DNA of 64,000 bases from Phycisphaerae bacterium (GTDB taxonomy: Bacteria > Planctomycetota > Phycisphaerae > UBA1845), in contig CAXXGO010000001.1 in assembly GCA_963666835.2 (NCBI GenBank), positions 1,568,001 through 1,632,000 on the forward strand, written 5' to 3'. The stretch's first letter is position 1. Every line of letters begins with the position of its first letter. The translations under genes were made by a program, and so were the position numbers. This document shows, in pieces, positions 28,901-37,273 of the stretch. The notes under the pieces were generated by a model, which was not told where the DNA came from, searched no databases, and worked only from the letters and a program-made list of their open reading frames with translations.

Positions 28901-29656
28901 TTGATCAGCTATCTCCTCGGCGAAGCCGGGGCGGACGTTCACGCCGTCGAGAACGGGGAGGCTGCCGTAGACGCTGCGTTGAGCGCGGCCGACATGGGCA
29001 ATCCGTATGACATGATCCTCATGGACATGCAGATGCCCGTTATGGATGGATACGAGGCCACGCGACTGTTACGCGACAAAGCGTACACCGGGCCGATCAT
29101 CGCCCTTACGGCTCACGCTATGGCCGGGGACCGTGAGAAGTGCATCCGGGCCGGCTGTGACGACTTTGCCACCAAGCCGATAGACCGGATCCGACTGTTG
29201 TCGACGATTCGGGCGTACGTTCCCGAGACGGGCGAGGGTCTCGCGCCGGAAGTGTTGGAGCCGGCGGTCGATTTGGACGGTTTCACCCCGGCCGAGTCTG
29301 CTTCGGAGTCGTTTGACTATGAAGCCTTACTCGGTCGGTGCGTGGGCAATGTCGAGTTTGCGGGCAAGATGATCTCCAAATACCTCGAGTCGCTCGCCGG
29401 TGAGTTGGAGCAGATTGAACAGGCGGTTCGGGGCGGGGTCCTTGATGAGGCGGCCCGCAGAGCTCACAAACTCAAAGGTGCGTCCGGCAACGTCGGAGTC
29501 GTCGGTCTGCAAAGAATCGCCAGAGACCTCGAACAGGCAGCCAGGGAGGAAGACGCGGAGCGGTGCAGTATGCTGCTGCCGCGTCTGCACAAGGAATCTC
29601 AAGCGGTGCAGCAGGTAATCGCTCAATTCTTGGAGCTTGAAACGGAGGTGTCTTAG
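25988..29656 (+). CDS. Membrane hybrid sensor histidine kinase (3 PAS, HisKA, HATPase, REC, Hpt)
   Basis: FLANMSHEIRTPM, NAVKFT, DTGIGM, GGTGLGL, LMDMQMPVMDG, AHKLKGASGNVG. Confidence 0.95.
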   Translation: MINSRLLVVVGIVFLLVLGAGIGSARRIQQSGLEEDLRLRAAGFERHFNKLVSTEAEVMSGRVGPLPDDGSLPGVWIAREPAAVLRHVAPKLAAIRRDWDVEFVLAIEKQHTSPGDWDKHTGVPERNGYPAQFSEFVVIEHSLPQVPPGLERRLAVTQQETGRAVFDIDAGARSYVGQGLPVVDAEGDRIGSVLVLSDVTSQRSAMWVWSVGFGLTAGLVMCAGLLLSGVLGQRGQLRPAAAQDAAGSIEQEREPGGIAGGFGSGPAEGDSTTDALRRSEQVIAAAFRASPMAIGVSALEDGRFIEVNDSFIRAAGYDRGSIIGHTLVELGIWADEGERKQFVRELAHEGLVRDREFKFQSGTGERLTMQVSAELIELDGRQYILTTAIDVSARSRAEDELRRNRELLQNVLANTPDCVSWKDRDSVYLGCNENFAKVAGIGSPADIVGKRDHDLPWTTGEASFFIECDRAVMDHGHPMVNIEETQVRSDGTEAVILTNKIPLSDATGQVVGILGIYADITERKRSEEAIRESGRRLSMALNASNAAVWEMDCETGEFLTDDSSTRLLGYPIGELGRTLGEWSKLQHPDDVDDVARAYNAFLSGNTESYTCEYRIRAADGQWKWLHTQGKAVEWDNECRPVRMVGTTMDVTSRRTAEETVRRHNEILEKTVAERTVEYEAAKEAAEAANRTKSEFLANMSHEIRTPMTAILGYADILLRHGRRAGEACEGLDAVRTIKRNGEHLLGLINDILDLSKIEAGKMIVESIPYSPCRLIAEVASAVAFRAEEKGLSFDNEYIGEVPETIQTDPMRLRQILINLIANAVKFTEVGGVRLVTRYIGDADGPQMQFDVIDTGIGMTEEESRRLFRPFTQADASTTRRFGGTGLGLTISKRFANALGGDVEVVETNEGVGTRFRAVVSAGSMGRVKMVYDPLAATVVAAYEAKEASDTSDINLHGCSILLAEDAPVNRDLISYLLGEAGADVHAVENGEAAVDAALSAADMGNPYDMILMDMQMPVMDGYEATRLLRDKAYTGPIIALTAHAMAGDREKCIRAGCDDFATKPIDRIRLLSTIRAYVPETGEGLAPEVLEPAVDLDGFTPAESASESFDYEALLGRCVGNVEFAGKMISKYLESLAGELEQIEQAVRGGVLDEAARRAHKLKGASGNVGVVGLQRIARDLEQAAREEDAERCSMLLPRLHKESQAVQQVIAQFLELETEVS

Positions 29657-29658
29657 CC

Positions 29659-30708
29659 ATGGCCAGAGAGATACGCGCATGCCCGGTGCTTGTGGTGGAT
29701 GACGACGAGATCACGCGGAGCATGCTTAAACACGTCCTCGAGGCCGCGGATTACGAGGTTTACACGGCGTCCGGTGGGAACGAGGCCTGGGAAGTTCTTA
29801 ACCGAACCGGCTGCCGACTGGTGATCTCTGACTGGATGATGCCCGACGGCGACGGCCTGCAGTTGTGCGAGCGCATTCGGCAGAACGACCTGTTCGGTTA
29901 TGTGTACGTGATCCTCCTGACCAACCGCGATAAGCCGGAGGACATTGTCCAGGGGCTCACCGCGGGGGCCGACGATTTTCTCACCAAGCCTTTCAACCCT
30001 GATGAAATACGAGTTCGCGTTCGGGCCGGTGAGCGGATTATCACGTTGGAAGCGCGCGACGTCGCTATCTTCGCGATGGCCAGGTTGGCCGAGTCCCGCG
30101 ATCCGGAGACCGGGGCGCACCTCGAGCGGATGCGGTGTTTCTGCCGCATCCTGGCCGAAGATCTTCGAGAACGGGGCATCTTCCCGGAGGTCGATGAATC
30201 GTACGTACGCATGATCTACTTGACGGCTCCGCTGCACGACATTGGCAAGGTAGGGATTCCGGATGTCGTGTTACTCAAACCGGGGAGGCTGGTCGACTCG
30301 GAATTCGAGATCATGAAGACGCACACGCTCATCGGGGCGGAAACGCTGGAGGCTGCGCTGCGTCAGTACCCCAAGGCCGACTATCTACAGATGGCCTACG
30401 ATATTGCTCTGTCCCACCATGAACGCTACGATGGCTCCGGTTACCCGCGAGGTTTAAGTGGGAACGACATTCCGCTGTCAGGTCGGATTACCGCTCTGGC
30501 GGATGTGTACGATGCGATTAGCTCGGCGCGGGTGTACAAGTCGGCCTTCAGCCACGATGTTACCCGCGAGATAATCATCAAGGGCGAAGGTACGCATTTC
30601 GATCCGGAGGTAGTGGAGTCGTTTCGCAGGACCGAAGATGTCTTTGATGAGACGCGGCGACGCTTGGAGACTGCTGATCCGAGCAGTCTTGCGTTGCAGT
30701 CAGCCTAG
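29659..30708 (+). CDS. Response regulator with HD-GYP c-di-GMP phosphodiesterase domain (RpfG family)
   Basis: VLVVDDD/ISDWMMP receiver; LHDIGK and HHERYDGSGYP. Confidence 0.95.
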   Translation: MAREIRACPVLVVDDDEITRSMLKHVLEAADYEVYTASGGNEAWEVLNRTGCRLVISDWMMPDGDGLQLCERIRQNDLFGYVYVILLTNRDKPEDIVQGLTAGADDFLTKPFNPDEIRVRVRAGERIITLEARDVAIFAMARLAESRDPETGAHLERMRCFCRILAEDLRERGIFPEVDESYVRMIYLTAPLHDIGKVGIPDVVLLKPGRLVDSEFEIMKTHTLIGAETLEAALRQYPKADYLQMAYDIALSHHERYDGSGYPRGLSGNDIPLSGRITALADVYDAISSARVYKSAFSHDVTREIIIKGEGTHFDPEVVESFRRTEDVFDETRRRLETADPSSLALQSA

Positions 30709-30887
30709 GTCGGCGCGGAGCACCGGAGGCGGCCGTTCGGAGGCGAGTTGACTCGGCGGTTGCCGCGCGGAGCTGGCTTCTCTCGCCGGCGGATCGAGGA
30801 TCTGATTCGGTTCGGGCAGGTGGCTTGTCGATGGTCATGCGGATGTCAGAATCGCAATATCACTCCGCAATCTCTCGGATCTGCCGG

Positions 30888-32069
30888 ATGACGAAGCGCT
30901 CCGTGTTCCTGGGAGTGCTGGCCGTCGGCCTGTCGGCGATTGGCTGCGGCGTTGATTGGAGCTACGTGCTTCCTGCGGCTGCCGGCCAGATCCGCTTGCT
31001 TAGTGAGAGCATTCCAATCTCGCAGGCGATTGCCGGCGGCGATCTGACGGAGGAACAAGTCGCCAAGTTGGAGCTGATCCGAGACGTTCGAGTATATGCG
31101 CGGGATGTGCTCGGTTTGGAAGTGGCGAACAACTACACGAGATTCTACGACTCCCACGGTGAGCCGGTGGCGTTCAACATCTCGGCCAGTCGAAAGGACC
31201 GCTTCGAACCGACCACGTGGACGTTCCCCATCGTAGGGACCATGCCTTATCTCGGGTACTTCGACGCCGCGGCGGCGAACGCGGAATATGAGGAGCTCTC
31301 CGCCCAGGGGCTGGACGTCTTCATGTATGAGATAGACGCCTACAGCGGATTGGAGTACTTTGCGAATCCGGTTCTGTCTCCAATGCTGGAGCGAAACGAA
31401 ATCGGCCTGGCTGAGACGGTTATCCATGAGCTTCTGCACGCTACAGTGTGGCGGCCCAGCGACACGACCTTCAACGAGAGCCTGGCCACGTTTTACGGGC
31501 GGACCGGAGCGGTGGAGTATTTCGCCAGCGAGTTCTCCGACCGGCCGGATCTGGTCCAGGATGCCGAGGAGAGGTTCGAGGATGCCGATCGGTATAGTGA
31601 CTTCGCATTGTCACTATATCAGGAGTTGGACGCGTTTTATTCGTCCGACCTTGCCAGCGCGGACAAGATTGCCGGTCGCGAGGCAGTCTATCAAGACGGG
31701 CGGGATCGGTTCGCCGCTGAGGTGCAACCGTTGATGAACCAGCCGGAACGGTATGAGTGGGTCGCGGTTCTGCCCACGAACAACGCCTGGATGCTCGGAG
31801 TACGGCGATACAACCTCGATCTCGACGTGTTTGATCGGGTACTCGAAGCTGCGGGGCGAGATTGGGCGGAAGCGCTGCAGCGGTTTCGGTCAGCGGCTGC
31901 GGCGGCGGATCCGTATTCCTACCTGGAACAATGGTTAGAATCCGGGTCAGAGCCGAAGACCTCTACGGCGGCTCCGCAAGGCGATGTCGAGCACGCCCGG
32001 TCTGCGGCACTCAAGACGCGCGGCCCTTGTCCGGCGCGGCGCACCACTACGCTTATCTCCTCCCAGTGA
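30888..32069 (+). CDS. Putative zinc aminopeptidase lipoprotein (DUF2265-like)
   Basis: Lipobox AIGC; WTFPIVGTMPYLGYF; IHELLH...FNESLA. Start is uncertain. Confidence 0.82.
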   Translation: MTKRSVFLGVLAVGLSAIGCGVDWSYVLPAAAGQIRLLSESIPISQAIAGGDLTEEQVAKLELIRDVRVYARDVLGLEVANNYTRFYDSHGEPVAFNISASRKDRFEPTTWTFPIVGTMPYLGYFDAAAANAEYEELSAQGLDVFMYEIDAYSGLEYFANPVLSPMLERNEIGLAETVIHELLHATVWRPSDTTFNESLATFYGRTGAVEYFASEFSDRPDLVQDAEERFEDADRYSDFALSLYQELDAFYSSDLASADKIAGREAVYQDGRDRFAAEVQPLMNQPERYEWVAVLPTNNAWMLGVRRYNLDLDVFDRVLEAAGRDWAEALQRFRSAAAAADPYSYLEQWLESGSEPKTSTAAPQGDVEHARSAALKTRGPCPARRTTTLISSQ

Positions 32070-32086
32070 ATCGCGCCGGCGGTGGT

Positions 32087-32938
32087 TTAATCGGCGGCTT
32101 GTCGGACCAGGCGGTCGATCGCTCGGCGGGTTGCGGCATCAAAGGGCTGGGCGTATCCGCGGGCGCGATCGGAACCGTCCGGGCCGGAGGCGGCGACGTT
32201 GACACCGACCAGGCGGCCGTGTGCGTCGATCAGCGGTCCGCCGCTGAACCCCGTTTCGAGTTTCGTCGTGCTCTCCAGGAGGTTGTCGTACAGCCGCCGG
32301 CCGGTGGGATCGAGTTGGTCCTGCAGCGATACCGACTCGTCTACAACAGTGCCGGTGCGATGGCAGCGCGGGCGATCATACCGCCGGGCGGCCAGGGCGA
32401 TTACTATCGCACCCTCCGTAATCGGCTTGTCGGTTATTTGCAGTGCCCCGAGACTTCTTGCGTCGATTCTCAGAACGGCGAGGTCTCGCCTGTTGTCAAC
32501 CAAGACTCGCTGAGCCGGATACGCCGATCCGTCGGGTAGAGTCACCGTGACCGTTTCCGCTCCGCGAACCACATGTTCGGCGGTTAGGATAATGCCTTCC
32601 GCAGCGATGATGATGCCGGTACCTCCGGATCGGTGCGCTGTGGCGCGGAGGTTTGCGTCAGAGCTCCGAACGCCTTGGTCGCGCTCGAGAGTCGCTTGGA
32701 TCCGGACCACGGATGCCATTGCTGCGCGGGCGGTTGCGTCGAGTTCGTCACGCAGTTCGTTCGTAAGCAGCGCCGAGTGAAGCGATGACACGGGCAGAAC
32801 CGTGGCCGGCGGGTAAACGGTCCCGCCGGCGGTAACTGCCTGTGACCGGCAGGTCTGAATATCGGTCGTTACCGAAGATGCGCAACCTGAGGCCAGAACC
32901 ATAGCGCATACAAGTAGATTCCTCAGGCTTCGCGCCAT
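32087..32938 (-). CDS. Trypsin-like (S1C) serine protease lipoprotein
   Basis: Lipobox ASGC; GTGIII, LTAEHVV, DLAVL, GFSGGPL. Confidence 0.88.
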   Translation of the reverse strand: MARSLRNLLVCAMVLASGCASSVTTDIQTCRSQAVTAGGTVYPPATVLPVSSLHSALLTNELRDELDATARAAMASVVRIQATLERDQGVRSSDANLRATAHRSGGTGIIIAAEGIILTAEHVVRGAETVTVTLPDGSAYPAQRVLVDNRRDLAVLRIDARSLGALQITDKPITEGAIVIALAARRYDRPRCHRTGTVVDESVSLQDQLDPTGRRLYDNLLESTTKLETGFSGGPLIDAHGRLVGVNVAASGPDGSDRARGYAQPFDAATRRAIDRLVRQAAD

Positions 32939-33313
32939 CCATCCCCTCCGGCCGTTCAATTGCCGCGCGCCAATGCGCTCGGTCAGAGAAAGCATAGAAT
33001 ACGAAAGCGGCGGGTGACAAAACGGTGGCAGGTTCACCGCCGCTGTAATGCCGGTGCGGTCTGTATATGGGACCGCCCGAAAAGACCCCGCATTGGCGGC
33101 GGTTATTCGGGCAAGGCGGCGAGGGCGGGGCGGACCGATCTCATGCTCATCGGCATCGCGCCGTCACCGCATAGCCGGGAGTAAGTCCGCCATCGGCGGA
33201 CGCCGCCTGCGGACCCGCTTCGTAGGGCACGGTCGAGGAACGAGACCTGCCATCGATTTCTGAAAGAGGCTGGGCAGCGGAAACCGACGCATGGTTTATC
33301 GACGCCGTCACTT

Positions 33314-33412
33314 TCGCCCTGTCAGGGTGATTGGGATTGTTGGGTTCCCACCGGGGGCGGCGGCCGCTGCGCGGCCTTGCCCCCGGCTATCGTCTTGCAG
33401 GCTTTCAGCCTG
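33314..33412. repeat. REP/MITE-like three-hairpin element
   Basis: CGCCCTGTCAGGGTG, CCGGGGGC...GCCCCCGG and CAGGCTTTCAGCCTG hairpins in intergenic space. Confidence 0.5.
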
Positions 33413-33662
33413 AACACCGAGCCGCTCGCAGCTTGCCACGTTGGGGAATGCGTCGCCGCGGAGTCGGACGGATACGCTTCGCTCGCCCGGCAAAGATGTG
33501 TAGAAGAGGCTCCACACCCCTGGCTCCACACTTTTGCTCCGGCCGGGGCAAGTCGTGCGATGGGCTAGTTCATCGCCGTTTCGGCTCGCCGCGATACGGT
33601 TCAGATCGAAGAGCCAAGTAGGCCGGGCTTTGCCCGACACACGCCTTCGGGTCGACGGTGCG

Positions 33663-35222
33663 TTACTCCAGCACTTGCCGAACGCAGTCGATTACGGTGC
33701 CGTCGACCCATTTGATTGCGGCCACGATCTTCTCGCCGAGCACCGGGGGGGCGGGCGGTCCGCCGCACAAGGCGTCGACCTCGGTCTTGATCTCCTCGAT
33801 GGATCGGATCGGCAGGCCCGAGCCCTTTACGGACTCGATCAGATCGGTCCGGCGGGGATTGATGGCGATACCGCGTTCTGTGACGATCACGTCGATCAAC
33901 TCGCCCGGTCCACACACGGTCGTCACGCGATCCACGATGACGGGGATCCGGTCGCGCATGGAAGGAATCGGCAGGATTACGCACTTGCCGGCCAGGCAGT
34001 TCTGCCAGCCACCGATGCCGTGCAGCAATCTGCCGTCCGAGTGGGTCACGACGTTGGCATTGAAGTGAACGTCGACTTCGGTGGCTCCCAACACGACGGC
34101 GTCGAGCATTGAGGCGAAGCAGCCCTTGCCGTGGAAGTTGTAGCTGGTGAACGGGCTGGTGTCCTGATGGCAGGGGTTCTCCCGCATGGAGCGTACACCG
34201 TCGAGATCGAAGGTCTGCCCGTCAAGGATGTAGTCGGCCAGACCCTCCTCGAGCATCTCGACCAGGTACTTGTTACTCCCCCCGCGAATGAAACGTGCCT
34301 TGATACCGGCTTCCTTCATCATCTCCTTGAGGTAGATGGCAAAGCCGAGCGACGTTCCCCCGGCACCGGCCTGGAACGAGAATCCATCCTTCATGATTCC
34401 GGAATCGCGTACGAACTGGGCGGTTAGCTCCGAGATCAGAAGGCGATCGGGACTCTTGGTGATCATCGTGGTCCCCGAAACGATTTTCTCCGGGTCCCCC
34501 ACGGAATCCATGACGACAACCTGATCCACGTTGTTGCCCTGGATCTGCCAGGGGATACACGGGAACGGAACAGGGTTGTCGGTGACGACGATTACATGGT
34601 CGGCGTAGATGGAGTCGGCCAGGGCGAACCCGAGCAGACCACACGCGGAAGGACCCGTCACGCCGTTGGCGTTGCCGAAGGCGTCGGCCGTGGGGGCGGC
34701 GATGACGGCGATGTCGATGTGGACTTCGCCGTCCTGAATGGCCTGCCAGCGCCCGCCGTGCGAGCGGAGCACGCCCATCCCGCGCATTCTTCCCGTTGCG
34801 CAGTAGTTGCCGAGCGGGCCGTTCATACTCCCCTCGATATGGTGGATAAGTCCACTTTCGAGGTGGTCGATGATCTCCGCTTGGCAAGGAAACGATGCGC
34901 TGGGGAACCAGCGCAGGTCCTTAACTCCCATCTGCGCGGCCGCCCGGAACACTTCGTTGGCGACTTTGTCGCCGTCGCGGAAATGGTGATGCGACGAGAT
35001 GGTCATTCCGTCGCGCAAACCCGCATTCTTCAGGGCCGTAGCTATGGAATCGACGATCTTGTTGCCATCTGCCGGATAGTCGGCGCAAGTACGAATGGAC
35101 GGGGCGGTTTTGTTCCCGGAAGGGCGGTACTTGCCGACGCCCATGAACGGGGTGGCCGGTCGCCCGTTGATTTCAGTAGGCACCATACGCCCGACGGCGT
35201 TTTCGATGAGTTTGTTAGTCAT
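33663..35222 (-). CDS. citF: Citrate lyase alpha subunit-like CoA/ACP transferase
   Basis: GLRDGMTISSHHHFRDGD, LRSHGGR, SFQAGAGG, GATEVDVHFNANVVT, VTERGIAINP. Confidence 0.93.
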   Translation of the reverse strand: MTNKLIENAVGRMVPTEINGRPATPFMGVGKYRPSGNKTAPSIRTCADYPADGNKIVDSIATALKNAGLRDGMTISSHHHFRDGDKVANEVFRAAAQMGVKDLRWFPSASFPCQAEIIDHLESGLIHHIEGSMNGPLGNYCATGRMRGMGVLRSHGGRWQAIQDGEVHIDIAVIAAPTADAFGNANGVTGPSACGLLGFALADSIYADHVIVVTDNPVPFPCIPWQIQGNNVDQVVVMDSVGDPEKIVSGTTMITKSPDRLLISELTAQFVRDSGIMKDGFSFQAGAGGTSLGFAIYLKEMMKEAGIKARFIRGGSNKYLVEMLEEGLADYILDGQTFDLDGVRSMRENPCHQDTSPFTSYNFHGKGCFASMLDAVVLGATEVDVHFNANVVTHSDGRLLHGIGGWQNCLAGKCVILPIPSMRDRIPVIVDRVTTVCGPGELIDVIVTERGIAINPRRTDLIESVKGSGLPIRSIEEIKTEVDALCGGPPAPPVLGEKIVAAIKWVDGTVIDCVRQVLE

Positions 35223-35300
35223 TGCGTGTTTCCGTGGATAACGAAGCTTCAATCTTCAGCAACCGGCACTTCTCGTATGTGCCGTCGGCCCTTTCTTCGG

Positions 35301-36518
35301 CTAGTTGACTAACTTCATTGCCTTAGCTAGCTCTACCGTGTGTTGGGCGCGCTTTACCACCGGCGGATCGATCATCTTGCTGCCCAGCGATACTGCGGCC
35401 AGGCCCTTCTGCTGGGCTTCCTCGAAGGCGGCCACGATTCGTTGAGCCTTCTCCAACTCCGCCGCTGCCGGCGCGAAGGCCTCGTGGATGACCGCAATCT
35501 GCCGCGGGTGGATGCATCCCTTACCGTCAAAGCCGAGGGACTTGGCCTCCAATACGCTGGCTCGCAGGCCCTCCATATCCGCCACATCGGAATAAACCGT
35601 ATCGATCGGCTGCACGCGCGCCGCCCGCGCCGCGTTGACCACCTGGCAGCGAGCCCAGAAGCTCTCGCGGCCTTCGTCCGTTCGCTGCGTGCCGATGTCG
35701 GCTGTGTAATCTTCCAGGCCTATAGTCAAAGCGCAGACGTTGTCCGACGCAGTGGCGATCTCGTAAGCCCTGATGCACCCGAGAGCGCTTTCCACAATCG
35801 GCATCAAGAGCACCGTGCGGTCGATACCTTTGGCTTTCAGAATGCCCGCGATCTTCTCGTCGACTTGCCGCACCTGGTCGGGGTCTTCGACCTTCGGAAT
35901 CAGGATTACGTGAACATTATGCGGGGCGATGAAGTCGAGATCCTCGAGGCCGCGCCTGCCCTGGTTGATCCGAACCATCCGTTCGGCTCCATGGAAGTTC
36001 AGAGTTCGCAAGGCGTTACGAACCAACAGGCGGGCGGCGTCTTTCTCCGAAGGAGCCACACTGTCCTCCAGGTCGAGGATGACCCCGTCGGGACGGTGAA
36101 GCCCGGCGTTGATCATGAACTTCGATTCGTTGCCCGGCAGATAGAGCCGCGAGCGCCGAAAGCGGTTACGTTCCGTACCATACTCGGTACCGGGGGCGAA
36201 GTCGGGTATGTAGCCGTCCCCGACGTCAACTCCGGCGCGGCGAACGGCCGCTTCGACTCGCGCGGTGATAACAAACGGAAGAGCCCCGGTATCCTCGATC
36301 TCTACCTTGGCATTCTTTACGTTCAAGGCGTCCAGAACATCGCGAACCAACTTGCGAGTGACTTCGCCGTACATAGACTCGACCTTGGTTTTGAGATGCA
36401 GATCGATGCCCCCGGCTTCGGTCAGAGCGATCCGGACCCAGCAATCGGACCGGATATCCGGGCCGTAGCGACCCGCCTCGGCGGCTCCTGACGCGTTACA
36501 GTCTTTGGATGTCGTCAT
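35301..36518 (-). CDS. CitD (ACP-like)-CitE (citryl-CoA lyase family) fusion
   Basis: First ~95 aa CitD-like (EIEDTGALPFVITARVEAAVRRA), then RRSRLYLPGN, ILDLEDSV, GKGCIHPRQ, KMIDPP. Confidence 0.9.
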   Translation of the reverse strand: MTTSKDCNASGAAEAGRYGPDIRSDCWVRIALTEAGGIDLHLKTKVESMYGEVTRKLVRDVLDALNVKNAKVEIEDTGALPFVITARVEAAVRRAGVDVGDGYIPDFAPGTEYGTERNRFRRSRLYLPGNESKFMINAGLHRPDGVILDLEDSVAPSEKDAARLLVRNALRTLNFHGAERMVRINQGRRGLEDLDFIAPHNVHVILIPKVEDPDQVRQVDEKIAGILKAKGIDRTVLLMPIVESALGCIRAYEIATASDNVCALTIGLEDYTADIGTQRTDEGRESFWARCQVVNAARAARVQPIDTVYSDVADMEGLRASVLEAKSLGFDGKGCIHPRQIAVIHEAFAPAAAELEKAQRIVAAFEEAQQKGLAAVSLGSKMIDPPVVKRAQHTVELAKAMKLVN

Positions 36519-36636
36519 TGTCGAAATTCCCGGTGTTCAATAGACAGTCATTAAGCTTGTTTCCCGGCGGGAGCGGCGATCGCCCGGCTACCGGATGATG
36601 ATGCCGCGATAGCCCGCGCGAATGCCGCCCGTCCGG

Positions 36637-37215
36637 CTACTCTATCAGCGTACCGTTCTCCATCATGACCAGCGGGTTGAAGGTCCCGAAATCCGCTTGG
36701 TGGATCAGCACCGTCTCGACCACCTGGGGACGACCGTCGCCCTCCTTCGCATGGCATGCGATGGTGTTGAGGGCTTTGTCCGGTAGACCGACCTCGTACG
36801 CTAAAGCCGTTCCGGAGATGGGGTGCCGCGCACACTTGCCGGAGAGGCTCTTGCGAAAACCCCCGTTCCCGTCCGGTTCGAACTCGAGCAACTTGCCGAC
36901 GTCGTGGAGCAGACCGCCGGCGAGAAGTCGGTCGAAGTCGATCTTATAAGGCATCTCGCGGTAGGCGCTTTCCTGTGCCTTGGCGAGTCCGAGCGCCCCC
37001 TCAGTGACCGCGATGGTGTGTTCGATGAAGTTCACTCCGCGCGTGTTGGTCAGAAGGGTAAACGGCATGGCCTTAAGATCATCGACGCTCTTCCAGCCGC
37101 CGCGCTCGCAGGCCAATACCCAGGCCTGCACCGTTTTGGCACTAAGGTCGGCGTCCTTGATTCGCTGGAGAATGCCTCCGAAGAGACCCTCAATGTCTTT
37201 GGCAGTAATCATCAT
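36637..37215 (-). CDS. HD-domain phosphohydrolase
   Basis: IEHTIAV, GLLHDVGK, RHPISG, IACH, IHQAD. Confidence 0.88.
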   Translation of the reverse strand: MMITAKDIEGLFGGILQRIKDADLSAKTVQAWVLACERGGWKSVDDLKAMPFTLLTNTRGVNFIEHTIAVTEGALGLAKAQESAYREMPYKIDFDRLLAGGLLHDVGKLLEFEPDGNGGFRKSLSGKCARHPISGTALAYEVGLPDKALNTIACHAKEGDGRPQVVETVLIHQADFGTFNPLVMMENGTLIE

Positions 37216-37273
37216 CTTACTCCGGGAGTTCTTTGCTCGTTGGGCGCCGTCGACCGGCGTCGCGCTGTCGGGC

